Part shown: positions 34,016-38,941 of the stretch, in pieces
How positions within the stretch are numbered: the stretch's first letter is position 1
Layout of the letters: the number at the start of each line of letters is the position of its first letter
Virus record (IMG/VR): IMGVR_UViG_3300043567_000557
Span: 1 to 38,941 of that record
Length of the DNA: 38,941 bases
Strand: one strand, 5' to 3'
Source: a virus
Taxonomy: Duplodnaviria; Caudoviricetes
The notes under the pieces: generated by a model
The model's database searches: none
Seen by the model: the letters and a program-made list of their open reading frames with translations, nothing else
What the model was told of the DNA's origin: nothing
Position numbers and translations under genes: made by a program

Positions 34016-34314
34016 TATGCAAGAGGCTTCGCTGGGCGTCCTCGTCTACGAACAAGATTTCCTTGAGCATCGAACTCAGGTTCTCTTGAAATATCGTTGC
34101 GGATGATTTTGTAAATCAACTGCTCTGATACACCCATTGCTTCAGCAATCTCGCGATAGGTGATGCGTTGCTTACGAAGTCGAAGAATCAACTGTTTGCG
34201 TCGCTTACCCAAGTCCTGAATCTGTGACTGGTGTGTGCGAATAGCGTCAGTAAGAATCTTAACTTCATCAAGACCTTTGCCGTCTAACTCTGTTGCTTCC
34301 ATTACCGTTGTCAT
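34015..34314 (-). CDS. Helix-turn-helix DNA-binding protein
   Basis: ITYREIAEAMGVSEQLIYKII; C-terminal RRRGRP AT-hook-like motif. Confidence 0.8.
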   Translation of the reverse strand: MTTVMEATELDGKGLDEVKILTDAIRTHQSQIQDLGKRRKQLILRLRKQRITYREIAEAMGVSEQLIYKIIRNDISREPEFDAQGNLVRRRGRPAKPLA

Positions 34315-34517
34315 TCTGCTACTCCCTCTTCGAACAGGCGTTCGACTGCTTCATCAAATTGGACTTTCTTATGAATATGATTTGCCGTTGCAACGAACTC
34401 CAAATCAATCTTTGCTCTTGCTTTTACTGTTGCTAAGTACATTGCTAAATAAAACGGGGTAATAATTAGTCCAGCAAAAGCGAGCGCCATTGCTGTCCAA
34501 AAAACTTCTGTGTTCAT
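34311..34517 (-). CDS. Small membrane protein
   Basis: N-terminal TM; ATGA-coupled. Confidence 0.6.
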   Translation of the reverse strand: MNTEVFWTAMALAFAGLIITPFYLAMYLATVKARAKIDLEFVATANHIHKKVQFDEAVERLFEEGVAE

Positions 34518-34924
34518 CTTGTAATCCTCTCTTTGCTTGCTCCTCGTATGTAAAGAACCAATGAGTTCTTATCATTAACAGGCGGTAAGAAAATCAACGA
34601 GCGAACAAACTTTGAAGAATCATCGGGAAGAATTCCCGCGTCTACTAATCCGTCGATAGCCGCTTTTACCGCTGGGTTACACGCCCCTACATCCTGTAAG
34701 CGTCCGCCCTTCTGATGAGGCTCAACTGTGACGCTGACCCACTCCATAGGAGGTATCTTCTCATTTTTAGCCAAAAGTTCAAAAGCGGTACGCCAAGTCT
34801 TTGTAAGCGTGGCTCGTTCCCATCGGTTCCCAGCGCGTTCGGCGTTGGTCGTCCAAGGACGCTGTTCGAACTCAAGACGATAGATGACCTGTTCGGCGTC
34901 GTCTGCGTAACATAAGCAATACAT
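34514..34924 (-). CDS. rusA: RusA-like Holliday junction resolvase
   Basis: QDVG...KAAIDGLVDAGILPDDS. Confidence 0.7.
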   Translation of the reverse strand: MYCLCYADDAEQVIYRLEFEQRPWTTNAERAGNRWERATLTKTWRTAFELLAKNEKIPPMEWVSVTVEPHQKGGRLQDVGACNPAVKAAIDGLVDAGILPDDSSKFVRSLIFLPPVNDKNSLVLYIRGASKERITR

Positions 34925-34927
34925 AGG

Positions 34928-35314
34928 TTAAGCATCAAAGACTCCTCCGTTCGTGTCAAGTCGCTTTTTTGTGCCGTCGTTGTAGATATTCCACCAAACT
35001 CCTGCATCATCTTTGAATGGAATTAACTCAGCCGATTCAACTTTCTGAATCAGGTATCCCAGTTGTCTTGCCTCGGCTCTGTTGGACTCAACCCAACCGT
35101 GACATCCAGTAGTTCCTGAACCACATAAAGCAATTAAATTCGCTGACTTATGAAGTTCAAGATTTTTTGACCCGCCCATCATTCGAGGACGACGGTGATG
35201 AACTGAAACTCCCCATAAGAAATCATCTCCACATTTTTCGCATCGATAATATGCTCGGGCTAAGACTCCGAATCGGGTATCGTCATCAACTCGATTAGGT
35301 CGAGGCTTAGCCAT
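34928..35314 (-). CDS. HNH endonuclease
   Basis: CEKC, VHHRRPR, NLIALCGSGTTGCHGWVE; start MAKPRP. Confidence 0.8.
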   Translation of the reverse strand: MAKPRPNRVDDDTRFGVLARAYYRCEKCGDDFLWGVSVHHRRPRMMGGSKNLELHKSANLIALCGSGTTGCHGWVESNRAEARQLGYLIQKVESAELIPFKDDAGVWWNIYNDGTKKRLDTNGGVFDA

Positions 35315-35439
35315 TGAAGTCTCGCATCCGCGATGGAGTCCATGCAAGCAGGGCATACTTTTCCGCTCGTCTGCGTCGCCACTTGAATAACCATCCTACA
35401 AATCGCAATATCCTCATAGGTCAGATGCCACCTCTCCAT
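35260..35439 (-). CDS. Small Cys-containing hypothetical protein
   Basis: MERWHLTYEDIAICR...CPAC; bridges neighbouring genes. Confidence 0.45.
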   Translation of the reverse strand: MERWHLTYEDIAICRMVIQVATQTSGKVCPACMDSIADARLQWLSLDLIELMTIPDSES

Positions 35440-35806
35440 TATCAGTTTCCAGCGAAGCATCTTTTCCCCTATTCAGAATTCCACGAATCTCGTCCAAGTA
35501 CTTTTGGGCAACTTCGGGAGGCGCCGCTTTTTGTTCGGCTTCCCTCATCTGTTGAGCGATGAGTTCACCTCTTTGGCGTTCCTTTTCTGATGCAATCCTA
35601 ACCCTCCATTGTTTATTTAGATGGCTGGGATTGATAGCCTGTTCAGAGTTTGCGTAGTGAAACGAAACAATTTTCTTGGCTTCATCAAGTGTCATGTCTG
35701 AATCTAAAGATTCCGCCCAAGCGCGAACCTTTAATTCATCTACTTGAACTCTTAGGTCATAGATACCGACATAGCCAAGAAGCATCGCAATGTCAGATAG
35801 ATTCAT
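35414..35806 (-). CDS. Replication-associated protein (helicase loader/inhibitor-like)
   Basis: D.R......AWAESL...EAKKIV..HY...INP pattern; follows initiator. Confidence 0.55.
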   Translation of the reverse strand: MNLSDIAMLLGYVGIYDLRVQVDELKVRAWAESLDSDMTLDEAKKIVSFHYANSEQAINPSHLNKQWRVRIASEKERQRGELIAQQMREAEQKAAPPEVAQKYLDEIRGILNRGKDASLETDNGEVASDL

Positions 35807-36509
35807 TCCTGAACTTTTCTGCCAACTCGATTGCCTTGATTGCTCCAGTCTCATGCTTGGTCTTAACTCCTACTCCCCTAAGTACTAAATCCATTTGACG
35901 CATTGTGGGAACCGTCCCGATGTAATCAAGAGCCAACTCAATCTGCTGTTCAGAGTAACCGCGAGCCTCAGCCGCTTTAGTTATCTGAAGTAAGGAGTGC
36001 CATGCTCCCTTGCCTAAAGGTTTGACTCTTTGCTTCTCCCACCATCTCCTAGCAACTAACTCTGAGGGCGCGATAACTGCGATAGCAGTTTCGTCGCTCT
36101 TTGTTGTAGATAGGACGGATGTATAGGACGGATGTTGCGGAGTGGAGTTGGGGAGTGAGACCTCCAAAGTTGGGGAGTGGGGGGTATCTGAGTTGGGGAG
36201 TTCGTCATCTTCTATTGGTAAAGCCTCCCCAACAGAGTTGGGTAGTTTCTTCCACAATAATTGATAGGTCGTCGCCTTACCTCGAGAGTTTCCCTTACTG
36301 ATTATCTTGATATGTCCCTCTTCGACCATCTGATTGATGACCTTTCGGACATATTCGATAGAACAGCGTCCCTTTTGAGCCAGCATCTTTTGAGATGCAA
36401 AGAATCGTCCATCGTCATGAGATATATCTGCAAGTGCAAGGTGAATCAAAAGTCGAGTCCCGTCATAAGGCGAGTCAGACCAAACTTTTGTTATCCACCG
36501 AATACTCAC
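35793..36509 (-). CDS. Replication initiator with N-terminal winged HTH
   Basis: LLIHLALAD...FASQKMLA...VRKVINQMVEEGHI...YQL; internal repeats. Confidence 0.75.
   Translation of the reverse strand: MSIRWITKVWSDSPYDGTRLLIHLALADISHDDGRFFASQKMLAQKGRCSIEYVRKVINQMVEEGHIKIISKGNSRGKATTYQLLWKKLPNSVGEALPIEDDELPNSDTPHSPTLEVSLPNSTPQHPSYTSVLSTTKSDETAIAVIAPSELVARRWWEKQRVKPLGKGAWHSLLQITKAAEARGYSEQQIELALDYIGTVPTMRQMDLVLRGVGVKTKHETGAIKAIELAEKFRNESI
36110..36246. repeat. Iteron array, probable replication origin
   Basis: AGTTGGGGAGT at 36146, 36168, 36191; AGTTGGGTAGT at 36236; inverted CTCCCCAAC 36225; tandem ATAGGACGGATGT x2 at 36110-36135. Confidence 0.7.
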
Positions 36510-36865
36510 AAATTACCTCCGCAATGTGGGCAACATTTATTGCGCCCTTGTTTTTCAATGACCCGATTCTCAACCCAATTCAATCCAACATAAACTTTAC
36601 AGCCGTTGCGAGATTCTTTGAGTCTTGCAATGCGACCCGCTTTATGGAGGACGGACAATACACCTGAAGCGGTGCCATGGTGAAGTCCAGTTATTTGACT
36701 GAACTCCTTCCATGTCAATCCACTCTTGCCCATTTGATTGAGCAACTCAAGTGCTTGAGCCTGACGCATTGCGGTCTTTCCTGACCTATCTGCGTGTACT
36801 GCTCGAGCCTTTGATGTGTCCGTTCCGCTATGCCCTGAAGTTTCGTTATAGGGCAACTCAGGCAT
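36506..36865 (-). CDS. Winged-helix DNA-binding protein with C-terminal Cys knuckle
   Basis: GLTWKEFSQITGLHHGTASGVLSVLHKAGRI; CPHCG; start MPELP. Confidence 0.65.
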   Translation of the reverse strand: MPELPYNETSGHSGTDTSKARAVHADRSGKTAMRQAQALELLNQMGKSGLTWKEFSQITGLHHGTASGVLSVLHKAGRIARLKESRNGCKVYVGLNWVENRVIEKQGRNKCCPHCGGNL

Positions 36866-37538
36866 CGACAGTAGTGACTGGCTCCTCTGTTGTTGTCTCA
36901 TTGGTGTCCTCTTCCAATTTCGGTGGCTGTAATTTTGTTTGTTGTTCCTTGAACTTCAATCTGAACTGCTCTAACAATTCAGGGTTATAGCCGTTTTTGT
37001 TGGCTGTGATGTACTGACCAATTTCTGCAAGCGCATCAATCTGAGTTGCTTGAGCAATCTTTGTAAGAATCGCACTTGGCGCCATTACATCGTTTGCACT
37101 TGAACGCTCGTAACTTGTTGAGTCAGGGTCAGGTTCATCCGTTGGGAGTGAGAGCGCTTGGAGTAATGCAGTTCGAAAAGCCACAGACATCGCCTTAGCG
37201 GTTGCCTTGTCTCCTGAGTCCATTGCCTCACCTACAACCGTGGCTTTAATTGCATCGCCGTTTGCACCAATGAATGTGTAAGTGACTTTTACTTTCACAT
37301 GACCCATTGCTGTTCGATTGCGTCCGATTTCAACTGTTGCATACTCGTAATCCTCAACTGACGGGACGACGATTACGCCATGCTTTTGAAGTGCTGGAGA
37401 TACTGCATTGACAACTGAATCAATTCCACGGAAATTAAATCCCTGAGCCTGATTCTTGTCTTTCTTTGCGATGGCTCCAACTTCCTTCATAATTGCGCTC
37501 ATTGCTTGAGCAATTGGAAGTGCTGTTGTGTCTGTCAT
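36858..37538 (-). CDS. erf: ERF-family single-strand annealing recombinase
   Basis: K..N..QGFNFRGIDSV, GEAMDSGDKATAKAMS.A.RTAL, DPD. Confidence 0.85.
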   Translation of the reverse strand: MTDTTALPIAQAMSAIMKEVGAIAKKDKNQAQGFNFRGIDSVVNAVSPALQKHGVIVVPSVEDYEYATVEIGRNRTAMGHVKVKVTYTFIGANGDAIKATVVGEAMDSGDKATAKAMSVAFRTALLQALSLPTDEPDPDSTSYERSSANDVMAPSAILTKIAQATQIDALAEIGQYITANKNGYNPELLEQFRLKFKEQQTKLQPPKLEEDTNETTTEEPVTTVDA

Positions 37539-37549
37539 GAGTTCCTCTC

Positions 37550-38083
37550 TCATTCTGCGATTACGAATGAAACTGAAGTTTCGGCTGGAGTTACTCGAAC
37601 CGATGGAACAATTTCACCTTGGGTTGATATTACATCACCTGAGTCGGTAAGTAAAGTATTCAGAACCTTCTTGTCGATTTCTTTTTTGACGCGAATCAAC
37701 TCAGGCTCACTCTTTTCAGCCCAAGCCAAGAACTCAACTTCGTTCTCAATTTCAATCTTTGGACGACCTGCGGTGGTTTTTATCGTGCCGTGGGGCAGAA
37801 CTACCGATTTACGCCCATTAGAGCGCTCTGTGAGGGCATAAGGCTTGAGGTTCGACTCAAACCATTCAGCATCTCTTTCGAGGTCTGTATTGACCTTCTC
37901 GAGCCATTCTGCGACTCTCTGAACTTCTCGGTCATAGATGGCTTTATTGTCGGCTTGCTTACGCCGAATTGATGCGAGTTTCCGCATAGCCCAATCAGCC
38001 TTTGAATCGTCATCGATTACAAAAGCCTCACGGGTTGGTTCTTCGATGATTTCAAAATCATCAATTGGTTGTATATCTGACAT
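37550..38083 (-). CDS. gam: Mu Gam-like host-nuclease inhibitor
   Basis: ADWAMRKL, KSVVLPHGTIK, IRVKKEIDKK; next to ERF; start MSDIQ. Confidence 0.75.
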   Translation of the reverse strand: MSDIQPIDDFEIIEEPTREAFVIDDDSKADWAMRKLASIRRKQADNKAIYDREVQRVAEWLEKVNTDLERDAEWFESNLKPYALTERSNGRKSVVLPHGTIKTTAGRPKIEIENEVEFLAWAEKSEPELIRVKKEIDKKVLNTLLTDSGDVISTQGEIVPSVRVTPAETSVSFVIAE

Positions 38084-38105
38084 GGTTGTTCTCCTCTCAT
38101 CCGAG

Positions 38106-38135
38106 AGGGTACACAACCCCTGTTGGTTATGTCAA
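38106..38135 (-). promoter_or_regulatory. Promoter of recombination/replication operon with operator variant
   Basis: TTGACA-18-TACCCT; AACCCCTGTT at 38115-38124. Confidence 0.65.
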
Positions 38136-38138
38136 ATC

Positions 38139-38420
38139 TCAGATGCCGATTATTTGTCCAACATACATTGAGGCACCGACAACTGTGGCAATCATGAGCG
38201 CCCCGACAGTACGAACCACCCATTCAGAGCGTGATTCCATCTTTTCGAGACGGTCTGTTATGTGTTCCATGGCTTGAGAAATCCGCTCGGTATCAGACTC
38301 GTAAACATCCTTACGAAGATAGGTCTGACTGATATTTAGGTTCATCTGTTTGACCTCGATTGTTAGGTCATCGAGGCGACGCATGACTTCTCCTAAAGTT
38401 GGTTGGATTTCTTCTGCCAT
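38139..38420 (-). CDS. Coiled-coil membrane protein of lysis cassette
   Basis: PTLGEVMRRL, coiled coil, C-terminal TM; follows endolysin. Confidence 0.6.
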   Translation of the reverse strand: MAEEIQPTLGEVMRRLDDLTIEVKQMNLNISQTYLRKDVYESDTERISQAMEHITDRLEKMESRSEWVVRTVGALMIATVVGASMYVGQIIGI

Positions 38421-38422
38421 GA

Positions 38423-38941
38423 TTATGCCTTTGCTCTCGCTTCGTCAGCGGACTTAGCCAAAGCCTCAAATTTTGGACGACCAAAGCCAACAATGGCAAC
38501 TGGCATATTTGGCTTGAATTTATTTCTGTTCTTTTTCTTGTATGCGCGAATCTTGAGACAAACTTCTCCACCGTTGCGTTGGTCACCCTTTTTATCTGAA
38601 CTCGTATTTCCTTCGATGCAAGTAACAGTTCCATCATTGTTATCTTTGACAACAATTCCAACATGACTGATACGGTCCACACCGTCTGCGGGGAAATCAA
38701 AGAAAACGATGTCCCCAGGAAGAGGCATGGCATTTTCACCCTCATGCCAACGCTTCATTTTCTTAAAAGCATCTGCACCTGCTGGAGTGTAAACAGTATT
38801 AGGAATTTCAACTGAAGCCTTTTTCCCGCACCAATTTACGAAGGCTCCGCACCAAGGTTGATTAGCCTTTTGGTACTTTGTCTTATTCTCGGGAACTGCC
38901 TCCTCGATATAGCCAATTTCTTTTGTGGCTATTTCAATGAG
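38423..38941 (-). CDS. CHAP-domain endolysin, partial (5' end outside window)
   Basis: Frame open to window end: ...EIGY.E...NQPWCGAFVNW...PGDIVFFD...SHVGIV...IEGNT. Confidence 0.85.
   Translation of the reverse strand, partial: LIEIATKEIGYIEEAVPENKTKYQKANQPWCGAFVNWCGKKASVEIPNTVYTPAGADAFKKMKRWHEGENAMPLPGDIVFFDFPADGVDRISHVGIVVKDNNDGTVTCIEGNTSSDKKGDQRNGGEVCLKIRAYKKKNRNKFKPNMPVAIVGFGRPKFEALAKSADEARAKA

Noticed and set aside
1-38941. Integrase, transposase, intron/intein, rRNA or tRNA
   Set aside because: No supporting motifs seen; TerL, portal and capsid are of normal size and uninterrupted. Lifestyle cannot be determined from this window.

Overview
About 39 kb of a tailed dsDNA phage genome, most likely infecting an actinobacterium (two WhiB genes, actinobacterial-type SSB and transglycosylase, several apparently leaderless starts). 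Most core genes read on the minus strand. From the right end these are: CHAP endolysin, Gam/ERF recombination genes, a replication initiator with iterons, HNH, RusA, an HTH regulator, a C5 cytosine MTase plus CmoA-like gene plus tandem ParB, and TerS/TerL. Next comes about 15 kb of accessory or early genes (HDAC, Ntn/HslV-like protease, SUEL-lectin surface protein, ART-like protein, WhiBs, SSB). Then come the portal, MuF, a block of large modular head-associated proteins, an XkdF-type protease, the scaffold, a decoration protein and the major capsid protein. Standouts: (1) seven enzyme or cargo modules between MuF and the scaffold (2 ADP-ribosyltransferases, GNAT, ParB-like, RelA/SpoT synthetase, 2 unknown) each begin with the same K-H-x(2-4)-H-D-Q-x-x-H-G tag after a putative protease site, one reachable only by a candidate -1 frameshift, suggesting a tagged virion-cargo system; (2) a CmoA-like gene coupled to a C5 MTase with Asn-to-Arg in motif X, a candidate DNA carboxymethylation system with a nested alternative-frame subunit; (3) a 10-bp AACCCYAGTT operator in about 11 promoters; (4) structured RNA candidates at 16.2-16.5 kb; (5) three frame disruptions that may be real lesions or assembly errors. 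All protein calls come from motif recognition by eye; no searches were run. No tRNA, rRNA, CRISPR or integrase was seen.
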